NCBI RefSeq assembly: GCF_006345805.1
Contig: NC_043007.1
Location: 29,264,001-29,328,000 of the forward strand
Direction: 5' to 3'
DNA length: 64,000 nucleotides
DNA from: Octopus sinensis
Lineage: Eukaryota
A program made the position numbers and the translations under genes. Shown here piece by piece: positions 1 through 41,530 of the stretch; position 1 is the stretch's first letter; each line of letters begins with the position of its first letter. The notes beneath the pieces are model-generated. The model was not told the DNA's origin, made no database searches, and was given only the letters and a program-made list of their open reading frames with translations.

Positions 1-1364
1 GGTTATACAACAATAACAAATAAAAGTAGTTTTATTAACAAAGAGAGTACTCAACACAAGATGTAGAGTATATTTATTGATCTGAAAAAAAAAATGTAAA
101 ATAGATTTCTGTTAGTTTCAACAAGGGATGTCCAGTTCTTTCATCAATTCTTGACACTGAATTAACATGGAAGTGGTTGAGTATTCCACAGTCATGTCAA
201 CCCTAAAAAAAAACCAAAAAAAAAAAAACAGTGTGTCACTACATGTAACAAGAGTGGACTTATTAATTCCTGTGTCAATCCATCCAATGGGTTTCCATAC
301 AGTTTCCATCTATTCAGCTTCACTCATAAGACATGGGTTGACCTGAGACAATGGTAAAAGACAAAGATGCTAAGATTGAACCTGGCACTCCATGATCATG
401 AAATGAACTTCTTAATGCTTTGGCCCAAAAGACAACTACTGGTTTACGATGGAGTTTCACGCTGGACAGAGCAATCATCAGTGGGTTAACAGCCATTTGA
501 TAATTGCTTCCATCAGCATGAAACAAAGTCAACATCCATCGGGAATCTTCATCCTCCTCATCATCATTTTAGAAGTTATTTCATGTTAGCATTGGTCAGA
601 CAGAACTCAGCACTTTCTCGTTACTCTTTGCAGTTCACAACATCTTCTGCCACCAGACAGAAACAGACTCCTGCCCCCAACCCCATATCTACAATGTCAT
701 CCATGTCCTACACTATACAGTGGCTGTATTTCATCCACCACCACCACCACCAGTGCAAAGAGAGCTTGTCTACTGCTACTCTGAACACTTTGCATTTCTA
801 CTTGAAAACCATTCTTTTCTCTTTTCTCCAGACACGTTGTATAAATATGTCACAATCTCACCTGACACCAGTTGCTACACACACACACACACACACACTC
901 TCACTGAAAGCTAATGGTTTCATTATTCTGATTGCTTTTCCAAGTCTTCTACTTTTGTGTATTTAAACAAACAAGAAAGACAAAAGATAATCAACAGGTT
1001 CGGATGTGCAACCCTTTTCCTCACCTCAACAAACAGACAAAAGTGGGAAAATCAGAAATTCCAAAAAGCAAAGGAGAGAAGCATACAAACATACATACAT
1101 ACATGTGTGTGTGTATATAGAATCAGGGCAGATTGGGTATAGAAATCCAAAGTTTGTAAAATATTTATTAGAAGCTAAAACAGCAGCGTTACTATTTGGA
1201 CTTTCACTTTTTGGACTTTCAAAGCAGAAACTGGAGCCTGATGCAGTCTAATCTTGTAAACCCATCCAACCCATGCCAGCATGGAAGGTGGACATTAAAA
1301 GATGTTGAACATACAAACACACACACATGTGAGTGTGTATGTTTGCAGAAATACTGCACGCTAA

Positions 1365-1580
1365 GGCGGCGAGATGGCAGAAACGTTAGCGCGCCAGGTG
1401 AAATGCTTAGCAGTATTTCGTCTGCCGTTATGTTCTGAGTTCAAATTCTGACGAGGTCGACGTTGCCTTTCGGGGTCGATAAATTAAGTACCAGTTACGT
1501 ACTGGGGTTGATCTAATCGACTTAATGTCTTTGTCCCCTCTATGTTTAGCCCCTTGTGGGCAATAAAGAAATAAGAAATA
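1365..1580 (+). mobile_element. tRNA-derived SINE, family A (representative copy)
   Basis: Head GGCGGCGAG(C/A)TGGCAGAAACGTTAGC with a B-box-like GAGTTCAAATTC and a core GCCTTTC...GGGGTCGATAAATTAAGTACCAG. Further copies at about 12410-12620(-), 12640-12850(-), 34880-35110(-), 35174-35400(+), 44225-44390(+), 55123-55330(+) and 63480-63660(+). Confidence 0.8.
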
Positions 1581-3110
1581 ATGCACCCTACAGAATAATG
1601 ACAAACTGATGCCAACAGATGTTTTGTCCTACAACTTTTTGTACCCAATGTAAAGAACTGATGCTCCTAAAATATCAAAGCCTGAAGAATACCAACCAGC
1701 CTCTTTTCTGCTCCACCATATGGACTTATCAAGAAAATGTCTGACGTCACTAAAATAGCAAAAACAACCACATGACCTGAATTGACCAATAGAAATCTAA
1801 AATGCTCTCCCCTCACAGAAACCATTGAAAACCTTTTCATTCTTTTCTCTCTGTTTACAAACGTCTGATGCTGTGGCTGTGATCTATGACCATAAAACTT
1901 TAAGTAGTGTGGTGCTGAGTCAAACTGTTGTGTAATAAGTGTAACACCAATCAAATATGTTGAGTGCAAGTTTGTTTTGTTTGAAAACACACCCGAGTGT
2001 GTATGTGTGAGTGTGTGTGTAGAGCATGTATGAATGAGAGGGAGAGGGAGAGAGAGAGAGAAGGGGAGAGAGCGCTGTGCAGAGCTAATTCTTTGCTCTT
2101 GCTGGAGACAAGACAACCTCTCTGGTGCTGGTGCCACAACGAAATGATGAACCCTGTAGAGTCTCTTTTGTACACTGGGTGTTAGGAAACGTACCCAGTC
2201 ACAGGAATCGTGTTGAAAATGGAAAGTACGAGCAAGATGTGGTTCCGAACCCATGCAAGAGGGCGGAGAGTTGAAATGGCAACTGAATCAGACACGGATG
2301 ATCTCTCCATCCAATGCCAGCATAGAAAGGGGCTATAAAACCGATGATGATGGTGATATAGAGACATCATCAGTTAACATCCGCTTTCCATGCTGGCATG
2401 GGTTGGACAGTTTGAAAACTGGTAAGCCACGGAGCTGCACCAGCTTCCGACCAGATTTGGCAAGGTTTCTACAGTAGCTGGATGCTCTTCCTAACACCAA
2501 CCATCAACTCTGTAAAGTGATTTGGCAATAGGGAGGGTACTATAAACAAGAGAGAGAGCCCCAACATGTGTAGGAGGGGAGTAACCCCAAATAAGAACTC
2601 ATTCTGACTGTAATGATGTGTCCAACCATGCCATCATGGAAAAGAAAATGTAAAATGATGAGGATGATGATGATGATGATGATGAATTCTTTCTTTTGCA
2701 GAATAAATTGCATTTAAAATTTTATAAATAATCAAAGAAGTCCTTAAAAGGAAATGATTTCCTTCTGATTGACTTCCTTCCCAATACTTTATCATTCACC
2801 AAAGACAATTTAAAATGGAATTTGTGGGTCAGTCTGGAACTGTCTTCACTCTCTCTCACACACGCACACACACACACACATAATTCCATAAAGAGGCAAA
2901 GATACTGACACCCAGTTTCATCAAATGGTCCACCTTGTTATCATGTTTTATATAAGTCGTGTATGTATAAGCATTACACACACACATTTATGTATACGTA
3001 TATATATGTGTGTGCGTGTGTATATATTTCCATCCAAATACAAATATATTCAGACCATTTGTTTTGTCAATCTGTTGATCCATTCCTGTATTCTTCCTGG
3101 ACCATAATCT

Positions 3111-31629
<28,519 letters not shown>

Positions 31630-32494
31630 CGTGGCAGAGGATTGAAACCTCGACTGTCAAATAATCAGCCGCGTGTCACTTTGGTTGGCCACCGGAAAAC
31701 GGTGTTGGTGTCCACACTAAAATAATAACCCCAGTCTTTCTAATCTGGATTTGATACATTAACTTTTGCAATTGATTCTTGTAATAAAATCAGAATCATT
31801 TGATACCAAAAATATTCGATACCATTCTTATGAAATGTTCGAAATAAATTCTGAGAATTTCTTTATTTCCATCGACTGATTTTTCTACAAGTATTTAGAA
31901 TATCAGGAAATGTAAGGGAAATAATTCTCCACTGTAGGAAGCAAATTAAGAAATAATTATTTAATTGTTTTTTGAAATATTTCGTTTACTCTTCTAAAAT
32001 TCTAAATTAATTTCGTTTTCTAATTAATATTTCTGCTAAAGTTTAGGAATAAGTTTATTGTAATATATGTCTAAAACATGAGTAATGTTTGTTAATTAAA
32101 AATGAGGAATGGAAATGACGAAATGAAAGGTACAAATTGCTGGAGTAATTTAACGTAATAAGAAAACAACGTCTTGTAATTTGATAGTATTTTATTTATA
32201 AAATACTCCAGCTCTTAAAATCTTCTTTCTGTATAATAAATTTTCTTAAGTATCTATTAATATATTTTCTTTCTGCAGATATTAAAAGAAAAATATGAAA
32301 TAAATTATAATGAAACAGGTGAACATTAACAAATCATGTATAATTTTCTTTAATATCTTGTAGATTTATTTTTTAAATATTATTGTATTGGTTTTATTCA
32401 CATGCATGTAGCTTGTTAATTATATAATTAACATTGGCCGAGCGAAATTCGAAATGAATGTGATTCCGCTATTTAGGTTCACTCTTCCACAGCA
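31630..32494. promoter_or_regulatory. Divergent (putative bidirectional) promoter and 5'UTR interval between SCYL1 and KCTD3
   Basis: Only 865 bp separate the two divergent ATGs. The stretch is repeat-free, with a CpG-containing segment at about 31630-31710. Acceptor-like TTTAG/CACAG just upstream of the KCTD3 ATG hints at a 5'UTR intron. Confidence 0.6.
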
Positions 32495-34663
32495 ATGGCA
32501 GAGAGCAGAGAGCCAGAAGTGAGTGGAGAAGTTATGTCCTCTGAAATAATCAATTTAAACGTTGGTGGGCGACGATTTTCAACTTCAAGACAGACTTTAA
32601 CGTGGGTACCAGATTCTTTCTTCACCAGTCTCCTCAGTGGAAGGATATCAAGTCTAAAAGACGAAACTGGGGCTATTTTTATCGACCGAGATCCGAAATT
32701 ATTTTCCATCATTCTACGATTTTTGCGAACCAAAGAAATTAGTTTGAAACATGTCGATATCTCAACACTTCGACACGAAGCCGAATTCTACGGTATTATG
32801 CCCTTAATACGTCGTTTGGTACTTTGTGAAGATCTCGATCACCCAACCTGTGGCGGTGTGTTGTTTCACAGCTATCTTTCTCCACCAACTCCTCCGCAAC
32901 CAGAATCCATGGAGGGAGGTCAGTCTCATTCTCTTGTTAGTCTAATTGAATCTGAACTATGTCGACCTGGTGTGGCTCAGAGGGTTGAAGCTGGTGCCAG
33001 TAACGAAAGCAGCAGTCCACAACAACAACAACTACATAGCCATTCCCGAAATTCTTCAGTCGATCTTTGTCATACTCATTCCAGACAACCTTCCATGGAA
33101 CTTCGACCTAACGCTGTGTCACGCAATTCTTGTGGTGACATTCGTCATTCTCGGAAGTCTTCTTGGGATTTAAGAGGTAACAAATTCGATTCCAATCGTA
33201 TGCCTGTCCAATCTATGCGAGTGACTATGATACGTGGCCACCACAACTGGATCTGTATTGCTTATTTACATTTTATCTCTTGTTTTCGTATGGATTCCAC
33301 AGGTTGGCACCTGATTTGGACCAGTTTCTATATGGAGAACCCAGTCGAAAGAGTTGCACTCAATGCCAAAGTAATCAATCCAAACCAGGATTTTGCTAAC
33401 AAAATGGTAGCTGCTTCCACTGGAAGCACGATTTGGTTGTGGTCTGTCACAGATGACGGTGACAGTAGAGAAATTGGAACATTTAATTTAAAAGTATCGG
33501 TAGATTCTTTGTTTTTCATTGGTAGCCAACTTGTGGCGCTGAGTCAAACAGGTAAAGTTGGAGTCTGGCATGCTATGACTCAACATTGGCAAATACAAGA
33601 TGTGATACCGATCACAAGTTATGACACAGCTGGCTCTTTCTTACTTCTTGGTTGTAATAATGGATCAATTTATTATATTGATATGCAGAAATTTCCTCTT
33701 CGTATGAAAGATAATGATTTATTGGTGACTGAACTTTACAAAGACCCTAGCAATGATATGGTTACTGCTCTTAGTGTCTATCTAACACCCAAAACTAACA
33801 GCCTCAGCGGTAATTGGATTGAAATTGCCTACGGCACAAGTTCTGGTACCGTGCGTGTTATTGTTCAACATCCAGAAACAGTGGGACATGAACCGCAACT
33901 TTTCCAAACTTTCACGGTCCATCGAAGCCCTGTTACCAAAGTGATGTTGTCTGAGAATCACCTTGTTTCAGTTTGTTCTGAGTATAACCATGTAAGAACT
34001 TGGAGTGTCACTCGCTTCAGAGGAATGATTTCAACTCAGCCAGGTTCCACTCCACTCGCATCTTTTAAAATTGTTTCACTTGATAGAATGGATAACCAAA
34101 TGAGTTATCCTGGTGGACATGATTTCGATAAACTCCCTGGTCCTTTTGGGGAGCAGGATGATAAGCAGGTTTTTGTACAACGTGTTGTCCCTGATACAGA
34201 TCAACTTTTCGTGCGTCTTTCTTCTACAGGTCGTAGAGTTTGTGTGATCAAATCAGTTGATGGCAGCCCTATAAGTTCATTTTGTGTGCATGAGTGTGAT
34301 GGTTCTAACAGAATGGGATCCAGACCCCGACGTTATTTATTTACTGGACATACGAATGGCAGCATCCAAATGTGGGACCTGACCACCGCTATTGAAATGA
34401 TGAAGAAAGACCAGTGTGCAACAAGTGGTGGCCCTACACCTGCTGAACTTGTCTATATTCTTGACCAGTTTGATTTGAGTAATTCTCGGTCATCGACCCC
34501 CTGTATGAGTCCGTCTCCCTCTGTTATTGCACCTCATGGATTTCAACCCATGGCATGTCGACAAAGGGCTGAAACTTTTCCTTGTGATCAGCAACCGGAA
34601 GCAGGTTGTTCTGTTGATGTTGAAGATGATGATGATTTCGAAGCTGAAGTATCGTGTTTTTAA
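32495..34663 (+). CDS. KCTD3: BTB/POZ + WD40 protein, KCTD3/SHKBP1 family; intronless CDS, 722 aa
   Basis: Uninterrupted ORF. N-terminal T1-type BTB ([23 protein letters not shown]...IFIDRDP) and conserved WD-region peptides ([62 protein letters not shown]). Probably the co-ortholog of vertebrate KCTD3 and SHKBP1. Confidence 0.95.
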   Translation: MAESREPEVSGEVMSSEIINLNVGGRRFSTSRQTLTWVPDSFFTSLLSGRISSLKDETGAIFIDRDPKLFSIILRFLRTKEISLKHVDISTLRHEAEFYGIMPLIRRLVLCEDLDHPTCGGVLFHSYLSPPTPPQPESMEGGQSHSLVSLIESELCRPGVAQRVEAGASNESSSPQQQQLHSHSRNSSVDLCHTHSRQPSMELRPNAVSRNSCGDIRHSRKSSWDLRGNKFDSNRMPVQSMRVTMIRGHHNWICIAYLHFISCFRMDSTGWHLIWTSFYMENPVERVALNAKVINPNQDFANKMVAASTGSTIWLWSVTDDGDSREIGTFNLKVSVDSLFFIGSQLVALSQTGKVGVWHAMTQHWQIQDVIPITSYDTAGSFLLLGCNNGSIYYIDMQKFPLRMKDNDLLVTELYKDPSNDMVTALSVYLTPKTNSLSGNWIEIAYGTSSGTVRVIVQHPETVGHEPQLFQTFTVHRSPVTKVMLSENHLVSVCSEYNHVRTWSVTRFRGMISTQPGSTPLASFKIVSLDRMDNQMSYPGGHDFDKLPGPFGEQDDKQVFVQRVVPDTDQLFVRLSSTGRRVCVIKSVDGSPISSFCVHECDGSNRMGSRPRRYLFTGHTNGSIQMWDLTTAIEMMKKDQCATSGGPTPAELVYILDQFDLSNSRSSTPCMSPSPSVIAPHGFQPMACRQRAETFPCDQQPEAGCSVDVEDDDDFEAEVSCF

Positions 34664-36076
34664 ATCTGACGGAATTGGTGGAACACCAGAGTAAAATATC
34701 TTTTTGTATTTAGTTAGGCCCCTTTTTGTATTTCCTCCCAAGTTAACTTTATCTTTTGTCCCCATCAGCTTGAAGCCAGCTTCAGTGAAATAAGAATCAA
34801 TCAAGCTACTCACTGCTTCAATAATCTACACTTTTTCCCTACAGTTTCTGGCCAATGCGAGAAAACTTTTATTATTATTTCTTGAGGTGTTTACCTTTCA
34901 TCTTTTCTGGGTTGATAAAATAAATACTAGTGGAACATTGGGGTTGATGTAATTGACTCATCCCCTCCCCCAAAATCGCTGGCCTTGGGGCAAAATTTGA
35001 AGCCATTATTATTATAGTGAGCTGGCAGATTTGTTTGTATTGGTAAAAATGCTTTGCAGTATTCGTTTCAGCACTTTGGAGTTCAAATCCTGCCAAAGTC
35101 AACTTCGTCTTTCATCCCTCCATCAAAACTGCTGGCCTTCGGCCTAAGTTAGAACCATTTATTATTATTATTAAGGCAGTGAGCTGGCAGAATGGTTTTG
35201 GCGCTGGACAAATTGCTAAGTGGTATTTATTCTGACTCTTTATGTTCTAAGTTCAAATTCTGTCAAGGCTGATTTTGCCTTTCATCCTTTTGGTGGGGTC
35301 AGTAAAATAAAGTACCAGTTGACTACTGGGGTTGATGTAATCAACTAGCCCCTCTCCCCAAATTTCAGGCCCTGTACCAAAATTAGCAAACCTTATTATT
35401 GTTAATATTAAGTACGAGTGTTGATGTGATCCACCATTCCTTCTCCGCTAAATCTTTGGTAAGAAATCATTCGGCAGAATTATTCGAGTATTAGACAAAA
35501 TGCTGTTGTGGGATTTGTTTTTAGCCCTTCACATTCTGACTTCGAATCTCTCCTTCATCAACTTTGCCTTTCATTGTTTCGGGGTTGATAAAATGACATT
35601 TGCAAATTCCTGGCATTGTGCCTTTGGAAGAGATCCTTACAAAACTATTATTATTAAGATTGAGATTATTGTTAATAACCTTGTTATTGTTGGTAGCCTC
35701 ATGTTGATGAACAAATTTATTATATTCTATGATGGATGCTAACAAACCAGCACCACAAGCTGGAATTCAGTCTTTCAATAACTGTAAAAAGAAAAAAAAA
35801 ACAACTTAAAAAAAGAAAGAAAAACTATAGAAAAAAAAAGAGAAGCTTACTGTTGATGTATGGCTTCAGTGCTAATTCATGGTATTTTTTGAAACTGGCA
35901 GAATTTCCAGGGAAAGGCTTCTCCCTGACCATATTGTTTTGAAACTCAATATTTATGTTGGATTATAAGAGTATTTTCTTGTTTTAATTTTTGGTTTTCA
36001 TTGAATTGTAAAATCAGTTCCAGGCCTCTGTAAAGCAATGTGTTTTTGGAAATGGTTGAAATCTATTGTAACATTT

Positions 36077-36108
<32 letters not shown>

Positions 36109-36178
36109 AACATTTGTATAGATAAATTTGATTGTATGTAATGTTTGTGTGTGTGTACATAAATCTGTTGCTCTCTCC

Positions 36179-36209
<31 letters not shown>

Positions 36210-36475
36210 GTCACTTGTGTAAAGTGGTTGGCAGTAGGAAGGGCATCCAGCCAAAACCTGCAGTAGAGCTTGGTACAGTCGTCTGGCTTGCTGGCTCCTG
36301 TCGAAACCGTCCAACCCATGTCAGCATGGAAGATGGATGTTAAATGATGGTGATGTATATAGTTTATTTTTGCAAGGAAAATGCTGACAGTCTCATCAAA
36401 GTTTTGGTTTCATGCCCATCTTACATACATGTGTATGTTTATAATATGCGTATAAACTTGTTTACACATGCATTT

Positions 36476-36519
<44 letters not shown>

Positions 36520-37223
36520 CAGAGAGAGAGTTCAGTTTTTTAAATTTTTTACTGTACTGAAAACATGACTATATTCTACTTTTAGATTTTTAATTTTGAG
36601 GTTTTTCCCTTATTTTTTGTCTGAGTTATTTGTAATTTATTTGGAACCGTAAACTTTTGAAATCCATCCTTAACATTTCTAGACTTTTGCTGTCTCCTTT
36701 TCTCGTTCTCTTCTATAAAAGAAGCACAAAGGAAAGAATTCCTCAAAATAAGCACCAATTAACAATGTCTATTTTAAGCAAGTCATCATCATCATCATCA
36801 TAACAGACGAAATCACAGAACAATCCAGAAAGGAATACAATGCCTCAACACTCACTCCACCAATTCAATACAACACAAACAAACTTAAAGTGTGTTACAT
36901 ATATCATATACATACATATATATATTTTATATTTATAGATATATATATGTATATAAAGCACCATTTGAGTGTGGCCAGGGCTAGTGCCGCCTAACTGGCA
37001 CCCATGCCGGTGGCACGTAAAAAGCACTGTTTGAATGTGGTTGATGCCAGTACTGTGTGACTGGCTCCTGTGGCAGAGGCATGTAAAAAGCTCTCACTTC
37101 ACTCTCAGAGTGGTTGGCATTAGGAAGGGCATCCAGCTGTAGAAACTTTGCCAAATTAGATTGGAGCAAAGTGGACATTAAATGACGACGACAATGATGA
37201 TGATGATGATGATATATATGTAG

Positions 37224-37283
<60 letters not shown>

Positions 37284-37409
37284 TATAAGAATTTTTTGCG
37301 TAATATGATAAAAAAAAGAAGGCTGTGTAGATATTAGAGCATTTATATATATATATATTTCGTTTTGGGATTTGGCACTAAAAGAGAATGACTCTCCCCA
37401 GACATAACA

Positions 37410-37452
<43 letters not shown>

Positions 37453-37754
37453 TAAATTAGAGATAAAACCACTATTAGGCAAATCAAACAGTGAAAAACA
37501 TAAACCAATACATAGAAATAAAATTAATAATATAATATACAAAATATATAAAATTCAAAATTTAAATTATTTAAATTTAAAGTTAAAATTAAAAAAATTA
37601 TTTAAATTATTAATTTATACTTATAAATTTATATATATATATTATTATTTTTATTTTTATTATTATTATTTTAATTTAAAAAAAAGTTAAAAAAATTTTT
37701 TTTTTATAAATATAACTATCAAAAAGTATTAAAAAGTATAATATAAGATAAAGA

Positions 37755-37794
<40 letters not shown>

Positions 37795-39010
37795 GCACAT
37801 ACATGCATATATATGTATTATATATAGATATAGAACAGATACCGTAACATGAAAATTTATAACCTTCTTATTAATAACAAATTATAAAAACAGAAATTCA
37901 TGAAGAAGCTACCAGTGACCATTGTAATTTATGAATCTGATTGAAAACATGGCAGTTGTAAACTTCATGACTGCAAGTGTTACTTTGACCATACAAGGAT
38001 TACTCTCTCTCTCTCTGTCTCTCTCTGTTGGGTCAACAAAGAGTAATTGCAGTGTTGTATACGATACAACATTTAACAAAGCTAAGTAGGAAATCATTAA
38101 TGTAGGACAATTCCTCTACATTCTATAAAATTCTCCCTGTAATAGATGGAAGAAGTATCCAGATTAACTCATTATTAATAAGAAGCACAGAGACAGCATC
38201 CATGAAATACAAATTTCAATATCGGACTGAAGATGCTTGAAGCCAACAGTGAAGAGCCACGTTCTGGTGATAATGTCTTTAAAAAGGCAGCAACATATGA
38301 CAACATCACAGCAACCTGAAGATGAGACTAGGAAAGTCTAGAAATATTGAGGATGGATTTGAGAACTTTACTGTTTTTCGCAAACTCAGACGAAAATAGG
38401 GAAAGTATTGGCAAAAAACAAAACAAAAACATCAAACTAGGATTCAGTCATGTTTTCCATATCACACAGGTGTTTGTGTGTGTGTGTATGTGTGTGTTCA
38501 TATAAATATATTGTTTGGTATATATATAATATAGAAATACACGTGCACACACACACGTGTATTTGTTTTTGTATAAACTTGTTGATATTGAGGTGTGTAT
38601 AATCTCTCCTATGTATGATTAGTGTGTATGGTAGCGAATTCAATCCCACAAAAGGTGATGGGTTTGCATGAATGGTAGTAACCTGCCCACCATATTTTCA
38701 GTGTAAATCACAGTCAAAGGTTTTTGTCATTCGTGCCAGCAGGGTTTACAAAATAGCTGCAAGGAATCTATCAATGATTGGGATTCAGTTGATTGTACAC
38801 ACAAGAGAGAGAGAGAGGAGAGAGAGAGAGAGATGTGTTCCATTTGACAAAATTGTGTTGGTATCAAGTTGATATTTGTTCTGTTGTTTTACAGAATCCA
38901 CTTCTTCATGTCTGTTGACAAATGACTGTTTCACACACACACACACACACTATACAGACACCATACTGAGTGTTAATCAATATAGTCATTCATCATATAA
39001 ATACTCTCAA

Positions 39011-39058
<48 letters not shown>

Positions 39059-39471
39059 TGTATATGTATGAGTATTTATATATATATGCTAGCATGGAAA
39101 GCGGACGTTAAACGATGATGATGATATATATATATATCTATAATGTATGTACATATATGTGTGTGTGTGTGTAGTGGACATCGTTCCTAATTATGCTTTG
39201 ATTAAATATCTGTGATGAGTTGGAATGTAACAACTTTATATATAAGGGAAGATAATCTTTGTTTCTGAATTGAGTTTTGTTATTTTTTTTCTCCATTTAT
39301 TGCAAAAAATTTGAAATGTATTCTCACTGTATTGTTGTGCTGTTAATTAAAGTGTGTGGGTGGGTGGGGGACTGTTGGTTGTGCTGTAAGCCTAGTTTTA
39401 GTCCATTGATTTGAATTTAATATTTCAGGATTTTAAGATGGACCCTGTATAAAAACTCATTAAAATAGCAG

Positions 39472-39509
<38 letters not shown>

Positions 39510-40677
39510 GTGTTGTGTTATCTATTCATTGTTGTTGTTGTTGTTATTGATATTTGATAGAATTATATTCTTTTATTCTTTTACACATTTCAGTCATTTG
39601 ACTGTGGCCATGCTGGAGCACCACCTTAAAGGGTTTTAGTTGACGAAATGAACCCCAGGACTTATTCTTTGTAATCCTGGTACATAAACACACCAACATA
39701 AGTTGTCAAGCGTTGGTGGGAGGACAAACACAGACACAAAGACACACACATAAATATATACATACGCACATATATATATACGTATGTGTGGCCGGATTAC
39801 TGAAGAGATGGTGGGGTGGATTTCCACCTTGGCTACCGAATAATTGTCACATATTACTTTTACAGATAAATTCCTCTATTTACATAATATTGAGGTCTCT
39901 TTCTTTTGTTATCTTACCGTTTTTACCAATATATATATAATATAAATAATGTATATATGCATATATACATACGTACATGTACATACATCTATATATATAT
40001 ATATATATATGCATATGTGGGCACAGGATGTCATGAAATATGTACAATACGAAATACGAGTACGTGGAATATGAACTATTTTTTCAAACAATGGAAAACA
40101 AGACAAACAACACAAAACAAAAACAAAAACGACCCTTCATCAGTTGTTGGCTGCTTTTCTATGCTTGTATTTCGAGCATTTAACATATATATATATATAT
40201 GGTGGGTTCTTTCAGTTTCTGTCTATAAAACCCACTCATAAGGCTTTGTTTGGCCCGAGGCTATAGTAGAAGGCACTCACCCAATGTACCACAGAGTGGG
40301 ACTGAACCCAGGACCATGGGGTTGGGAAGCAAGCTTCCTATTACACAGCCACGAATAATAATAATGCTGAACTTACTGTATACAGTGTTCAGGTGCACAA
40401 CCACTCATAAGGAAAGGTACCTGTGCAGTACAAAGAATAAGTGAACAGTGAATGAGTGGTTAAAAAAAAAAGAAGAAATTGTGGAGGACATCAGGCGTAG
40501 TAGAGTTGGCAAATTTCAGAAAGCATTGAAGTTTTGAAAGATGTAGCATCCTGACAACTAACAAGTGATGCAGGTAGTTTATTCCATGCTTCAGCAATTT
40601 TGAGCATCACAAAATATTCCTGAAAGTCATGGTTGCTGTGTTGTTTTTTGATTTTGTGATGTACGAAATTCTATAAA

Positions 40678-41530
40678 CAGGGTATTCCAAAGAAAATGTG
40701 TATAGACACATCAACAGCTGATAACTCAGTTTCTTTTTCTAGTTAACCTATTAATAACAATGAAGGTAACCATATTAAACTTTGAAGGAATCCTAAGTGC
40801 TGCTGGAAGTTTGAAGATATATTGTGCAAAGACAGTTTAGGTGGGCGTTTGAAGCTAGGCACCATGCAATCACTAGCGTTAGGGATGAATTTGAAGCAGA
40901 TGGAACTATTCTGAATCATCATCATCATCATCATCATTTAGCGTCCGTTTTCCATGCTAGCATGGGTTGGACGGTTCTACTGGGGTCTGTGAAGCCAGAA
41001 GGCTTCATCAGGCCCAGTCAAATCTGGCAGTGTTTCTACGGCTGGATGCCCTTCCTAACGCCAACCACTCCGTGAGTGTAGTGGGTGCTTTTTACGTGCC
41101 ACCCGCACTGGTGCCAGACAGAGCTGGCAAACGGCCACGAACGGATGGTGCTTTTTATGTGCCACCGGCACGAGGGCCAGGCGAGGCTGGCAACGGACAC
41201 GAAACGGGGCGGTGCTGGCAACGGTCGCGAAACGGAAAGTTCTCTTACATGCCACCGGCACTGGTAACACATCTGCAATTTCCATTGATCTGAATATCCA
41301 CAAGAAATGTTCTGGAAGATTGCAGGTATTGATGAGCCTGACTGAGCAAGAAAGGGCACTAGAAACATATAGGTGGAGTTCAAGAAACTCAGTATGGTAA
41401 GCAGGCTGTGAGATTGGATTGTTAAAATCAAGGGCCCTTTGCATTTTGAAGTGCTGTCGTTGGAAAAATTTCATTCCTTGAATGGTCCATTGCTCTCAAT
41501 GTGGATGATATGAACTGAAGGGCATTTAAA
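40678..41530 (+). mobile_element. Degenerate Tc1/mariner-superfamily transposase 5' half (HTH/DUF4817-like), split by the RTE insertion
   Basis: Removing 40917-41288 and one TSD restores VQRQFRWAFEARHHAITSVRDEFEADGTILNIHKKCSGR...ETYRWSSRNSVW*AGCEIGL...ILKCCRWKNFIP. A possible TIR start CAGGGTATTCC lies at 40678. Confidence 0.65.
40917..41288 (-). mobile_element. Young RTE 3'UTR-only insertion with 7-bp TSD (TCTGAAT)
   Basis: Near-identical to 51935-52222; TCTGAAT occurs at 40910-40916 and 41289-41295; (GAT)n tail. Confidence 0.85.

Noticed and set aside
583-966. 127-aa + ORF and an overlapping proline-run ORF
   Set aside because: All three frames are partly open because of C/A-rich composition. 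There is no homology, and the region is probably antisense to the SCYL1 3'UTR.
1667-2254. 195-aa - strand ORF
   Set aside because: It runs through a decayed RTE 3'UTR and (GA)n/(GT)n microsatellites.
40040-40190. CTGATGA on the minus strand preceded by CGAAA
   Set aside because: No pairing is consistent with any hammerhead topology.
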